Source: Burkholderiales bacterium
Lineage (GTDB): Bacteria > Pseudomonadota > Gammaproteobacteria > Burkholderiales > SG8-39
Direction: 5' to 3'
NCBI GenBank assembly: GCA_035577785.1
Contig: DATLUZ010000222.1
Location: 139 to 64,138 of the forward strand
DNA length: 64,000 nucleotides
Below, piece by piece: positions 31,418-40,174 of this stretch. The translations under genes were made by a program, and so were the position numbers. Under the pieces are notes generated by a model, which ran no database searches, was not told the origin of the DNA, and saw nothing but the letters and a program-made list of their open reading frames with translations. Numbering within the stretch: the stretch's first letter is position 1; each line of letters opens with the position of its first letter.

Positions 31418-32176
31418 TTGCCGTCCAGAAAAGCTGCGCTCGTCACGGGCGGCGCCACCGGCATCGGCCGCAGCGCCGTGCTCGCGCTGGCGCGCGCGGG
31501 GTTCGATGTGGCCGTCAATTACAGCTCGAGCGAAACCGCGGCGCGCGAAACGGCCGCCGAAGCGGAGAAGCTCGGCGCGGGCACGCTTCTTGTGCGCTGC
31601 GACGTCAGCGACGAGAAAGGCGTCAGGGCGATGCTGCGCGCGGTGGAGGAGAAGTTTCAGAGGCTGGACGTGCTGGTGAACAACGCCGGCACGACCGCGG
31701 CGTGGAAGCCGCGTGACCTCGAGACGCTGTCGCTCGAGGAATGGGACCGTGTGTTCGCGGTCAACGTCCGGGGGCTCTTCCAGGTCACGCGCGCCGCCGT
31801 ACCGCTCCTGAAAAAAAGCCGGGGCTGCGTCGTGAACACGGCAAGCATCGTCGGCTTGAGGCCCGGTCCTCAGCCCCTGCCGTATGCCGCGAGCAAGGCG
31901 GCGGTCGTCAACCTCACGAAGACGCTCGCCTGGAACCTCGGTCCCGAGATCCGGGTCAATGCGGTCGCGCCGGGCTGGATGGAAGGCGACTGGATGAAGC
32001 GCATGATGAAGGACAAGTACGCCGACCTCATGGAGAAGCGGGCAAAGGCGACTCCGCTCAGCCGCGTCGTCACCGCCGACGACGTGGCCGAGACCATGAT
32101 GAGCCTGATCCAGTCGAACCGCTTCGTCACCGGCGAGGTCGTGGTGATCGACGGCGGCTTCACGGCCTCGACCTGA
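31418..32176 (+). CDS. SDR family oxidoreductase
   Basis: Motifs TGGATGIG, NNAG, and YAASKAAV (catalytic YxxxK). The ORF is 252 aa with a TTG start. Confidence 0.85.
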   Translation: MPSRKAALVTGGATGIGRSAVLALARAGFDVAVNYSSSETAARETAAEAEKLGAGTLLVRCDVSDEKGVRAMLRAVEEKFQRLDVLVNNAGTTAAWKPRDLETLSLEEWDRVFAVNVRGLFQVTRAAVPLLKKSRGCVVNTASIVGLRPGPQPLPYAASKAAVVNLTKTLAWNLGPEIRVNAVAPGWMEGDWMKRMMKDKYADLMEKRAKATPLSRVVTADDVAETMMSLIQSNRFVTGEVVVIDGGFTAST

Positions 32177-32177
32177 C

Positions 32178-33794
32178 ATGCTGCCGGGCGTAGTGCCGTT
32201 TCCGCCGGAGTTCGCGCAGCGCTACCGCGCAAGGGGCTACTGGCAGGACAAGTCGCTTGCCGAAGAATTCTCCTTCGTCTTTGACCAATTCAAAGATCGG
32301 ACGGCGCTGGTGGACGGCGAGCGCCGCTACACCTACCAGCAGATCGACGAGCTCACCGATAACCTGGCGCTCAACCTGCTCGAGCTCGGCCTGAAGCCGC
32401 TCGATCGCGTGGTGCCGACGCTTCCCAACATCGCCGAATTCGTGCTGCTCTACTTTGCGCTGCAGAAGATCGGCGCCATTCCGATCGCGGCACTCGTGAC
32501 GCACCGTTTCGCCGAGATCAACCAGTTCGTGCAGCTCTCCGAGGCGACGGCGTGCTTCTATCCGGAGCGCCAGGGCGACTTCGCCTTCGAACCGATGATC
32601 CGGCGGGTGCAGGCCGGGAACCCGCACCTCAGGCACTGCGTTTCGCTCCCGCGTCTGGAGGATCTCATCCACCGCAAGGCGCGCGCGGCGCCAGACGAGC
32701 TAAAAGCAATCCGCATCGACCCGGCCGATCCGTGCATCTTCCAGCTTTCGGGCGGGACCACCGGCATCCCCAAGCTCATCCCGCGCACGCATAACGACTA
32801 TGCCTACAACTCCAGGACCGCTGCGCCGGTGTGCGCGGTCACTGGGGATTCGGTCCTGCTGCTCGCGCTGCCCATCGCGCACAACCTGCCGCTCGCCTGT
32901 CCCGGCGTGCAGGGCTATTTCTTCCAGGGCGGCAAGGTTGTGCTCTCACCAACGACGCGCCCGGAGGCGATGTTCGAGCTCATCCAGAAACATAAGGTGA
33001 CGCATATCAAGGTCGTGCCCGCGCTGCTCGTGCGAATGATCAACGATCCTTCTCTGCCGCGTTTCGACCTTTCTTCGCTGAGGCTCATCCAGAGCGGCGG
33101 CCAGCGCATGCAGCCCGAGGTGCGTCTGCGGACCCAGGAGCTGATCCCGAGCGCGTTCGTGCAGGAAAATTTCGGCATGTCGGAAGGAATGCTCTTCTTC
33201 GTCCGGCTCGACGATCCGCAGTCGGTCAAGCTCGAGACCTGCGGCCGGCCGGTCTCGCCGGACGACGAGGTGAAGCTCGTCGACGACGACGGCCGCGAGG
33301 TGGCCGGCGGCGAGGTGGGCGAGCTCACCTGCCGCGGTCCCTACACCCTGCGCGGTTACTTCGGCGTGCCCGACTACAACGCGCGCCAGTTCACCCCGGA
33401 CGGCTTCTACCGCTCGGGCGACCTGATGCGCCGGCATCCGTCGGGCAACTACGTAGTCGAGGGCAGAAAAAAGGACCTGATCAATCGCGGCGGCGAGAAG
33501 ATCAGCGCCGAGGAGATCGAAAATCTGATCCTGATGCATCCGTGCGTGCAGAATGTGGCCTGCGTCCCGGTCAGCGATCCGGACCTGGGCGAGCGCATGT
33601 GCGCCTGCCTGATCCTGAAAGCCGGGAAGCGCCTCACGCTCGCGGAGCTGGTGGAATTCCTCAAGGACAAGGAGATCGCGAAATTCAAGCTGCCCGAGCG
33701 GCTTTACGTCTGCGACGACTTCCCGGTGTCCACGTTCGGCAAGGTGTCGAAGAAAACGCTGTCCGAGCTGGCTGAGAGAAATGCGCATCATTGA
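32178..33794 (+). CDS. aryl-acid (2,3-dihydroxybenzoate/salicylate-type) AMP ligase, EntE/DhbE-like
   Basis: YRARGYWQDKSL at the N-terminus, the A3 motif FQLSGGTTGIPKLIPRTHNDY, and the C-terminal GKVSKK are all EntE/DhbE-family hallmarks. Confidence 0.8.
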   Translation: MLPGVVPFPPEFAQRYRARGYWQDKSLAEEFSFVFDQFKDRTALVDGERRYTYQQIDELTDNLALNLLELGLKPLDRVVPTLPNIAEFVLLYFALQKIGAIPIAALVTHRFAEINQFVQLSEATACFYPERQGDFAFEPMIRRVQAGNPHLRHCVSLPRLEDLIHRKARAAPDELKAIRIDPADPCIFQLSGGTTGIPKLIPRTHNDYAYNSRTAAPVCAVTGDSVLLLALPIAHNLPLACPGVQGYFFQGGKVVLSPTTRPEAMFELIQKHKVTHIKVVPALLVRMINDPSLPRFDLSSLRLIQSGGQRMQPEVRLRTQELIPSAFVQENFGMSEGMLFFVRLDDPQSVKLETCGRPVSPDDEVKLVDDDGREVAGGEVGELTCRGPYTLRGYFGVPDYNARQFTPDGFYRSGDLMRRHPSGNYVVEGRKKDLINRGGEKISAEEIENLILMHPCVQNVACVPVSDPDLGERMCACLILKAGKRLTLAELVEFLKDKEIAKFKLPERLYVCDDFPVSTFGKVSKKTLSELAERNAHH

Positions 33795-34623
33795 CTTGCA
33801 CTGCTATCCCGGCACGGCGGAATGGATCCGCTGCCAGGGCCCGTACGTCGAGGCGCTCGCGAAGTACTGGAAGCGCGAGTGGGTGGCGCGCACCGAGGAA
33901 GAGGTCATCAAGGACTTCACCGACTACGGCATCGAGGCGGTGCTGGTCGCGCTCGACCTCGAGACCACGATCGAGACCCCGCCGGTGACCAACGAGTACG
34001 TCCATGCCATGTGGAAGCGCCATCCTCGCCGCATCGTCCAGGCTTGGGGCGCGGTCGAGCCGGCGAAGGGCGAGGTCGCGCTGGCGCAGGCGAAGCGGGC
34101 CGCGACCGAGCTCGGCATGATCGGATTCCACTTCCACCCGATCATGCAGCACTTCGCGGTGAGCGACCGGCGCTACTACCCTCTGTTCGAGCTGATCAAC
34201 GAGCTCAAGGCAGCCGTGATGATCGACGTCGGCACCACCGGGATGGGCGCCGGCATGCCGGGCGGGCACGGCGCGCTGATCAACCACGCCCATCCGAGCC
34301 ACATCGACCAGCTCGCCGCCGACTTCCCGCAGATGAAGATCCTCATGGCGCATCCGGGGTGGCCGTGGGTCGAAGAAACCACCGCCGTGGCGCTGCACAA
34401 GGGCAATGTCTACTGGGAGATGTCGGGCTGGGCGCCGAAATATTTCCCCGGCAACCTCAAGATCGACATGCGCGGGCGCCTGCAGGACAAGGTCATGTTC
34501 GGCAGCGACTACCCGAGCATGCCCTACTCGCGCATCCTCAAGGAGTGGCAGGAGCTCGGCTACTCCGACGAAGTCATGGAAAAAATTTTCCACAAGAACG
34601 CCGAGCGCGTCCTCGGACTCTGA
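33781..34623 (+). CDS. amidohydrolase-2 family protein
   Basis: MRIIDLHCYP..., MAHPGWPW and FGSDYP motifs. It overlaps the ligase 3' end by 14 nt. Confidence 0.75.
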   Translation: MRIIDLHCYPGTAEWIRCQGPYVEALAKYWKREWVARTEEEVIKDFTDYGIEAVLVALDLETTIETPPVTNEYVHAMWKRHPRRIVQAWGAVEPAKGEVALAQAKRAATELGMIGFHFHPIMQHFAVSDRRYYPLFELINELKAAVMIDVGTTGMGAGMPGGHGALINHAHPSHIDQLAADFPQMKILMAHPGWPWVEETTAVALHKGNVYWEMSGWAPKYFPGNLKIDMRGRLQDKVMFGSDYPSMPYSRILKEWQELGYSDEVMEKIFHKNAERVLGL

Positions 34624-34636
34624 AGGAGGAACCCAA

Positions 34637-35071
34637 GTGGATGGCCTGACCCTGAGACAAGCGAACCAGATCATCGAAGCGGCGCTCGCCAAGGCCCGCG
34701 CGATGCAGATCAAGCCGATCGCCGTGGTGGTGCTCGACGACAGCGGCAACGTGAAGGCCGCGCAGCGCGAGGACGGCGCGAGCATGTTCCGCTTCGACGT
34801 CGCGCAGGGCAAAGCCTGGGCCGCGGTCGCCATGGGCGCCTCGAGCCGCGCGCTCGCCAAGCGGGCCAAGGACAATCCGAATTTCTTCATCACGCTCGCC
34901 GCCACCGCCCAGGGTAAATTCCTGCCGCAGACCGGCGGCGTGCTGATCAAGGACGGCTCGGGACAGATTCTCGGCGCCGCGGGCGCGAGCGGCGGCACGG
35001 GCGAGGAGGACGAGACGGCGTGCGCCCACGGCATCCAGCAGGCCGGGCTTTTCGCCGACGCTAACGGATAA
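34637..35071 (+). CDS. GlcG/HbpS-like (DUF336) heme-binding protein
   Basis: A GTG start follows an AAGGAGG RBS at 34624-34630. The DUF336 pattern is LTLRQANQIIEAALAKARAMQIKPIAVVVLDDSGN...GAAGASGGTGEEDE. Confidence 0.75.
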   Translation: MDGLTLRQANQIIEAALAKARAMQIKPIAVVVLDDSGNVKAAQREDGASMFRFDVAQGKAWAAVAMGASSRALAKRAKDNPNFFITLAATAQGKFLPQTGGVLIKDGSGQILGAAGASGGTGEEDETACAHGIQQAGLFADANG

Positions 35072-35079
35072 GAAAACGG

Positions 35080-35112
35080 AAAATAGGGACAGTCCCGGAC
35101 AGTCCCTATTTT
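35080..35112. terminator. bidirectional intrinsic-terminator-like hairpin (AAAATAGGGACAGTCC-CGG-ACAGTCCCTATTTT) between convergent genes
   Basis: An A-tract, a roughly 13-bp stem with one A.A mismatch, and a T-tract. It sits exactly between the stops at 35071 (+) and 35117 (-). It also contains a tandem GGACAGTCCC x2. Confidence 0.6.
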
Positions 35113-35116
35113 CGTC

Positions 35117-36829
35117 TCAGCGTGACAAGCCGAACGAACTGACGTCGCCGCCGGAAAAGAAGGTGCCGATGACGTTGCCGCGCGTCACAGGGAGATCGAT
35201 GCGCGACGGGTGCGATTCATCGCAGTGGAGGGTGATCCGCGCCGGGCGCGGCCGACGCAGGTGGTTGCGCGCGATGGCTTCGAGCGAGGTCTGCGCCGGC
35301 TCGTCGTCGGCGCCCTTGATGCGCAGCGCGATGCGCTCGCCGCCGCGGAAAAGCCGCGCCGTCGGCACGATCGGGATCGAGACCTCGTAGACTTTCCCCG
35401 GTTCGATAGGCTCGCGCGCCTCGTGGGCGAGCACCGGATCCCAGGCGGGCGATCCTTCGCGCAGGCGGCGCTGCGAAGCGCGCAGCCAGCCGCGCGTCAG
35501 CTTCCGCTCCTTGCCGTCCGCATCGACCGCGAGAACCGTGGCAAAAAAAAGCGTCTCGGTATCAGTCGTCGAAAAATGCAGCGTCAAGACCGCCGGGCCG
35601 AGAATCTCGGTGTTCTCCACGAGCGGCGGCGTCTGGAAGCGCGCCTCGCCGTGCTCGAAAGGCGACTCGTTGAACGACACCGTGCCGGCGCCGGGCCAGG
35701 GCTCGTGCTCGGAAAGCATGCCGTCGGCGTGCAGGTAGAAGCTCGTCCAGCGCGCCTCGCGCGGCGGCCAGTCGTCGAGCGCCTTCCACTCGCCGGTGGC
35801 GGGGATGAAGCAGCGCACCGGGGGCTCGTCCATCACGCCGGTGTCGTTGTCCTTGAGCCAGTGGTCGAACCAGCGCAGCGCCTCCTCGTGGTACTGGTAC
35901 ACCGGGCGGTCGAGGTAGACGGGCGGGCCGATCACCATCTTCTTCGGGCCCTTCCATTGTTCCCAGGCGCTGAACGCGCCTGGCAGGTGCAGCCCGTAGA
36001 TGCCCCAGCAGCCGCCGAGATAGGCCGGAATCGTGGCGCGATCGTCGCGCGCGCTGCGTTCGCGCCAGAACGGCCCGTCGAACGGATGCAGCAGCACGTC
36101 GACGATGACGGCGTTGGTCCCGGCCTCCGGGTTCTGCAGCGCTTCGCGCAGCGGCGGCTGCGCCATGATCTCCTCGTCGCGCATCGCCTGAGCGATCGCC
36201 TGGCGGTACTTCTCCTCGCCGTGCGCCTGCTTGTAGAAGCTGCGGTACCTCGGGTTGTGCGCGCTGTTGCGCCAATGGGCGAGAAACCCGGCGGCGAGGA
36301 TGCCGCCGTGGTACCAGCGGTGGCGGTAGTCGTCAGAGCCGGAGAACGGCGCGAACACCGCCTTGAGCGCCGGCGGCGACGCCGCCGCGACGAGCTTCGC
36401 GATGCGCGCGAAGTACGACACGCCGAACATGCCGACGCGGCCGCTCGACCAGCTCTGCTCGCCAAGCCAGCCGACGAGATGGCCGACGTCCTCTACCTCG
36501 AGCGGTCCGCCGAGCTGGTAAAAGCCCTCGGACTTCCCGGAGCCGCGCACATTGAATACCGCGTGCACGTATCCGCGCCGGGCAAAGAAGCTCGAGTCGC
36601 CGCTTTCCATGTAGCCGCGCATCGGCGTGAACCCGATCGGGCGCAGCGGCGGCGACTGCAGGTCCTTGTTGTAGGGATGCGCACCGAGCAGGACCGGGTA
36701 GCGCCCGGGGGTCGCGGGGCGATAGACGTTGCCGTCGAGGAGCGTCCCGTCCGGCATGCGGACCTTGACGTCTCGCTCGACGAGCACCTCATGGACGCGC
36801 GGCGAGGTCGCCCAGCGGCGGGTGAACAT
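35117..36829 (-). CDS. CocE/NonD family (S15 X-Pro dipeptidyl-peptidase-like) hydrolase
   Basis: VRMPDGTLLDGNVYRP...RGYVHAVFNVRGSGKSEG and the nucleophile motif GVSYFA. The ORF is 570 aa. Confidence 0.85.
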   Translation of the reverse strand: MFTRRWATSPRVHEVLVERDVKVRMPDGTLLDGNVYRPATPGRYPVLLGAHPYNKDLQSPPLRPIGFTPMRGYMESGDSSFFARRGYVHAVFNVRGSGKSEGFYQLGGPLEVEDVGHLVGWLGEQSWSSGRVGMFGVSYFARIAKLVAAASPPALKAVFAPFSGSDDYRHRWYHGGILAAGFLAHWRNSAHNPRYRSFYKQAHGEEKYRQAIAQAMRDEEIMAQPPLREALQNPEAGTNAVIVDVLLHPFDGPFWRERSARDDRATIPAYLGGCWGIYGLHLPGAFSAWEQWKGPKKMVIGPPVYLDRPVYQYHEEALRWFDHWLKDNDTGVMDEPPVRCFIPATGEWKALDDWPPREARWTSFYLHADGMLSEHEPWPGAGTVSFNESPFEHGEARFQTPPLVENTEILGPAVLTLHFSTTDTETLFFATVLAVDADGKERKLTRGWLRASQRRLREGSPAWDPVLAHEAREPIEPGKVYEVSIPIVPTARLFRGGERIALRIKGADDEPAQTSLEAIARNHLRRPRPARITLHCDESHPSRIDLPVTRGNVIGTFFSGGDVSSFGLSR

Positions 36830-36849
36830 GGCAATCCCGGTCTCGGAAA

Positions 36850-37140
36850 GTGGCGCGGTATGTTAATGCCGATATTGGATTTATGATTGGGCCGATGCGC
36901 GATTACTGGCTGTGCAAGCTGTTCTACGACCTGCAGTCGCCGGCCGCGGTGGCGGAATACCGCGCCGAGCGCGACAAGGTCCTGGACCGCTACCGCATCG
37001 GCGCCGAGGTGCGCAAGGCGCTGGCCGAGAACGACGTGCCGTTCCTCGCGCAGCGCACCAACGCCTACCTGCTGCGCTACTACTTCTTCGCCACCGGCAT
37101 GAAGGACGAAGAGTTCAAGCGGCGCCTGCGCCATGGCTAG
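36850..37140 (+). CDS. LigA-family small subunit of a class III extradiol dioxygenase (start uncertain: 36850, 36883 or 36895)
   Basis: LigA-like helical pattern (LFYDLQSPAAVAEYRAERDKVLDRYRIGAEVRKAL). It overlaps the downstream LigB-type gene by 8 nt. Confidence 0.6.
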   Translation: MARYVNADIGFMIGPMRDYWLCKLFYDLQSPAAVAEYRAERDKVLDRYRIGAEVRKALAENDVPFLAQRTNAYLLRYYFFATGMKDEEFKRRLRHG

Positions 37141-37957
37141 CTTCGCCGGCGCTTTTGCCGCGAGCCACGGCCCGCTGCTCATCCGCGAGTGGGAAGCGGT
37201 GCCGCGCGGCGAGCAGTCGCGGCTCAAGAACGCTTTCGAGGAGCTCGGCCGGCGCCTCAAGTCGGCGAACCCCGACGCGCTGATCGTCGTCTCGCCCGAC
37301 CACTGGTCGAACTTCTCCCTGGACAACTACCCCGCGGTCTGCCTTGGAGTCGGCGCGGTGAACGAGGGGCCGCCGGAGCCGTGGATGAAGGGATTCGCGC
37401 ACCGCGAGATCGCCGGCCATCCGGAGCTCGCGCTGCACATCGCCGGGCAGGCGATGCGCGGCGGCTTCGAGCCCTCGGTGTCGCACCGCCTGAAGCTCGA
37501 CCACGGCGCCTGCATCCCGCTGTGGCGCATGGGCCTCGACACCCTGCCGAAAATCGTTCCGATGCTCCTGAACAGCATCGAGCCGCCGATGCCGTCTCTG
37601 CGGCGTTGCTTCGACTGGGGTCGGCTGCTTCGTCAATCAATAGAGAGTTACCCCGAGCCGATTCGTGTAGCGATTCTCGGCACCGGCGGCCTGTCGCACT
37701 CGATCGGCGAGCCGACGATGGGCGCCATCTACGAAGACTTCGATCACGAGACCATTCGCCGGTTCTCGTCCTCCGAAGATTCGCTGCTCTCTTACCTCGA
37801 AGACGAGCTGCCGCGCCGCGGCAACGGCTCGGAGGAGGTGCGCAACTGGCTCGTCGCGCACGGCGCCGCGGGCGGCCGCGGCTTCGAGCTGGTGGACTAC
37901 CTTCCCGTGCCGACCGTCATCGTCGGCTGCGGCTTCGCCTCCTGGAGGGCGAGCTGA
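37133..37957 (+). CDS. class III extradiol ring-cleavage dioxygenase (LigB/MhpB-like catalytic subunit)
   Basis: Motifs AASHGP, VSPDHW, KLDHGACIPL and GTGGLSHS. The ORF is 274 aa. Confidence 0.8.
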   Translation: MASFAGAFAASHGPLLIREWEAVPRGEQSRLKNAFEELGRRLKSANPDALIVVSPDHWSNFSLDNYPAVCLGVGAVNEGPPEPWMKGFAHREIAGHPELALHIAGQAMRGGFEPSVSHRLKLDHGACIPLWRMGLDTLPKIVPMLLNSIEPPMPSLRRCFDWGRLLRQSIESYPEPIRVAILGTGGLSHSIGEPTMGAIYEDFDHETIRRFSSSEDSLLSYLEDELPRRGNGSEEVRNWLVAHGAAGGRGFELVDYLPVPTVIVGCGFASWRAS

Positions 37958-37958
37958 C

Positions 37959-38795
37959 ATGAGACTTCGGGCGGTCGAGCTCAACGTCACCGACCTCTCC
38001 AAAGGAGCGGAGTTTCTCGAACGGGTGTGGGGACTCTTCGACGCCGGCAGCCGCGGCAGGACGCGCTATTTTCGCGCTACCGCGGATCACCCCTACGTGC
38101 TTTCTCTCACCGAGGCGCAGGCGCCCTCGGTCGAAGCGATCACGTTCGGCGGAAACGCTTCTGAAATCTCAAAAATTGGTGGGGAAAAGATCCAGGAGTT
38201 CGACTCTCCGGGCGGCGGGTCGGGCGTGATCGTCGATGGTCCCGAAGGCCAGCGCTACCGCTTCGTCACCGATTCGAAGGCGGACACGAAGCAAGTCGAA
38301 GGCAACCGGCCGATCCAGCTTTCGCACGTGGTGCTGAACACGCGCGGCTGGGAGGCCTGCGAGCGCTTCGCGGTCGAGAAGCTCGGCTTCCGCGTGTCCG
38401 ACCGCACGCGCATGATGCGGTTCCTGCGCTGCAACCGCACGCACCATTCCGTCGCCTACGTAAATTCGGACATTTCCTCGCTCAACCACATCGCCTTCGA
38501 GATGCGCGATCTCGACGCTGTCATGAACGGCATCGGCCGGCTGCGCGAGGCGGGCTACGCGTGCACCTGGGGCCCGGGACGGCACGGCCCCGGCCACAAC
38601 GTATTCGGCTACTTCGTCGCGCCGTTCGGTCCGGTGGTCGAGTACACCGCCGAAGTGGAAGAGGTCGGCGACGACTACCAAGTGGGCGGCCCGGAAGACT
38701 GGAAGTGGCCTCCGGGGCGCAGCGACCACTGGGGCATCTCCACGCGCGACAACGCGCGCATGCACGCGGCCGAACGCAGCGTGCCGTGGGCCTAG
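37959..38795 (+). CDS. VOC-superfamily type I extradiol dioxygenase-like protein (two-domain)
   Basis: Two VOC modules. Candidate metal ligands are in QLSHVVLN, LNHIAFE and VVEYT. The ORF is 278 aa. Confidence 0.75.
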   Translation: MRLRAVELNVTDLSKGAEFLERVWGLFDAGSRGRTRYFRATADHPYVLSLTEAQAPSVEAITFGGNASEISKIGGEKIQEFDSPGGGSGVIVDGPEGQRYRFVTDSKADTKQVEGNRPIQLSHVVLNTRGWEACERFAVEKLGFRVSDRTRMMRFLRCNRTHHSVAYVNSDISSLNHIAFEMRDLDAVMNGIGRLREAGYACTWGPGRHGPGHNVFGYFVAPFGPVVEYTAEVEEVGDDYQVGGPEDWKWPPGRSDHWGISTRDNARMHAAERSVPWA

Positions 38796-38818
38796 AAATC
38801 GGGGTCAGACCCCGATTC
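38795..38818. repeat. REP-like palindromic element, copy A (GAAATCGGGGTCAGACCCCGATTC)
   Basis: A hairpin with 9-bp arms, AATCGGGGT-CAG-ACCCCGATT, starting at the last base of the stop codon of the + gene that ends at 38795. Confidence 0.75.
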
Positions 38819-38827
38819 TTCTTTTTT

Positions 38828-38846
38828 GGGGTCTGACCCCGATTTC
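38828..38846. repeat. REP-like palindromic element, copy B (GGGGTCTGACCCCGATTTC), inverted relative to copy A and preceded by T6
   Basis: It has the same core as copies A and C. It overlaps the stop (38845-38847) of the minus-strand small ORF. Copies A and B likely act as terminators for the convergent genes. Confidence 0.7.
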
Positions 38847-39165
38847 AGAATCCGTGCTGGACCTCTTCGAGGTGACCCAAGGCCTCGTCGAGATCCCTGA
38901 AGAGCGGCTGCAAAACTTCCGCCCCGGCCGGCTGCGAGCGCGCAATACAATCCCGGAGCAGGCTCGTCACGCTGTCGCGGGTCTCGAGGAGCGGGTGCTT
39001 CAGCCGCAGCCACGCGACCACCTTGCCCTCGACCTCCTGCATGGTGACGTCGCCGAGCCCGGGACAGCAGGAACAGCCGGTGGCGTGACGTTCCGCGATG
39101 AGCGTCCAGCGGCCTAGGAGCTTCGCCGCCTCGATGGCGAGATGAACCGAATCCGAGGATTGCAT
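38845..39165 (-). CDS. small hypothetical protein with a GCSCCPG motif (start uncertain: 39165 or 39042)
   Basis: Balanced composition. Codon third positions are about 84% G/C by my count. A REP hairpin follows the stop. I recognise no family. The start at 39165 would overlap the divergent ATG at 39164. Confidence 0.4.
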   Translation of the reverse strand: MQSSDSVHLAIEAAKLLGRWTLIAERHATGCSCCPGLGDVTMQEVEGKVVAWLRLKHPLLETRDSVTSLLRDCIARSQPAGAEVLQPLFRDLDEALGHLEEVQHGF

Positions 39166-40174
39166 GAAGATCGACATTTTCAACCATGTGATGCCGCAGG
39201 CGTATCTCGAGCTGGTGAAGCAGCACTCGAAGGAGCTCGGGATGGTGAAGCGCATGTCGAACCTGCGCATGCTCTGGGACATCGAGCACCGGGTGGAGAT
39301 GCTGCGCACCAAGTTCCCCGACGTGCGGCAGGTGCTGACGCTCGGGCTGCCCTCGCCTGAGCTCCTCGGCGGACCGGACAAGTCGCCCGAGTTCGCCCGC
39401 GTCGCGAACGACGGCATGGCGCAGATGTGCCTCAAGTGGCCGCGCCAGTTCCCCGCCTTCGTCGCCTCGCTGCCGATGAACAACATCCCCGAGGCGCTGA
39501 AGGAGATGGACCGCGCCATCGACCGGCTCGGCGCGAAGGGCGTGCAGATCGTCACCAGCGTCGCCGGGCGGCCGCTCGACGACCCGGAGTTCTTCCCGGT
39601 GTTCCAGCGCATGGCGAACCACCACGACCGGCCGATCTGGATGCACCCGGCGCGGCCGGCGAACCGCCCCGACTATCCAGGGGAGCCGAAGTCCAAGTAC
39701 GAGATCTGGCAGGTGCTCGGCTGGCCCTTCGAGACCAGCGTCGCCATGGCGCGGATGGTCTTCTCGGGGCTGCTGCAGAAGCTGCCGAAGCTTCGCATCA
39801 TCACGCACCACTGCGGCGGCATGATCCCGTACTTCGCCGGCCGCGCCGAAACGCTCTGGGCGCAGCTTGGTTCTCGCTCTTCGGACACTGACGAAGCGGA
39901 CGTATTAAAGCAGCTTGGGAAACCCCCCATCGAATACTTCAAGATGTTCTACGGCGACACGGTGCTCGGCGGTGCAGCCGCGCCGCTCGCGTGCGGCATC
40001 GCGTTCTTCGGCCCCGACCACGTCGTGTTCGCGAGCGACTGCCCGTTCGATCCCGAGGGCGGGCCAATGTTCATACGGGAAGGCATCCGTTCGGTGGAGG
40101 ACCTCAAGCTTTCCGAAGGGGATAAACGCAAGATTTACTTCGGCAATGCGATGAAGCTCCTGCGCATGGAATGA
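39164..40174 (+). CDS. amidohydrolase-2 family protein, ACMSD/LigW-type decarboxylase-like
   Basis: MKIDIFNHVMP..., WMHPARP, ITHHCGGMIPY and FASDCPFD are typical of non-oxidative aromatic-acid decarboxylases of amidohydrolase_2. Confidence 0.8.
   Translation: MKIDIFNHVMPQAYLELVKQHSKELGMVKRMSNLRMLWDIEHRVEMLRTKFPDVRQVLTLGLPSPELLGGPDKSPEFARVANDGMAQMCLKWPRQFPAFVASLPMNNIPEALKEMDRAIDRLGAKGVQIVTSVAGRPLDDPEFFPVFQRMANHHDRPIWMHPARPANRPDYPGEPKSKYEIWQVLGWPFETSVAMARMVFSGLLQKLPKLRIITHHCGGMIPYFAGRAETLWAQLGSRSSDTDEADVLKQLGKPPIEYFKMFYGDTVLGGAAAPLACGIAFFGPDHVVFASDCPFDPEGGPMFIREGIRSVEDLKLSEGDKRKIYFGNAMKLLRME

Noticed and set aside
35543-35550. A8 homopolymer (T8 on the coding strand) inside the CocE/NonD gene, and A7 runs at about 31811 and 53592, as possible slippage or phase-variation tracts.
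   Set aside because: All are in frame in intact ORFs (encoding FF or KK), are short, and show no sign of frameshift. Phase variation cannot be assessed from a single sequence.
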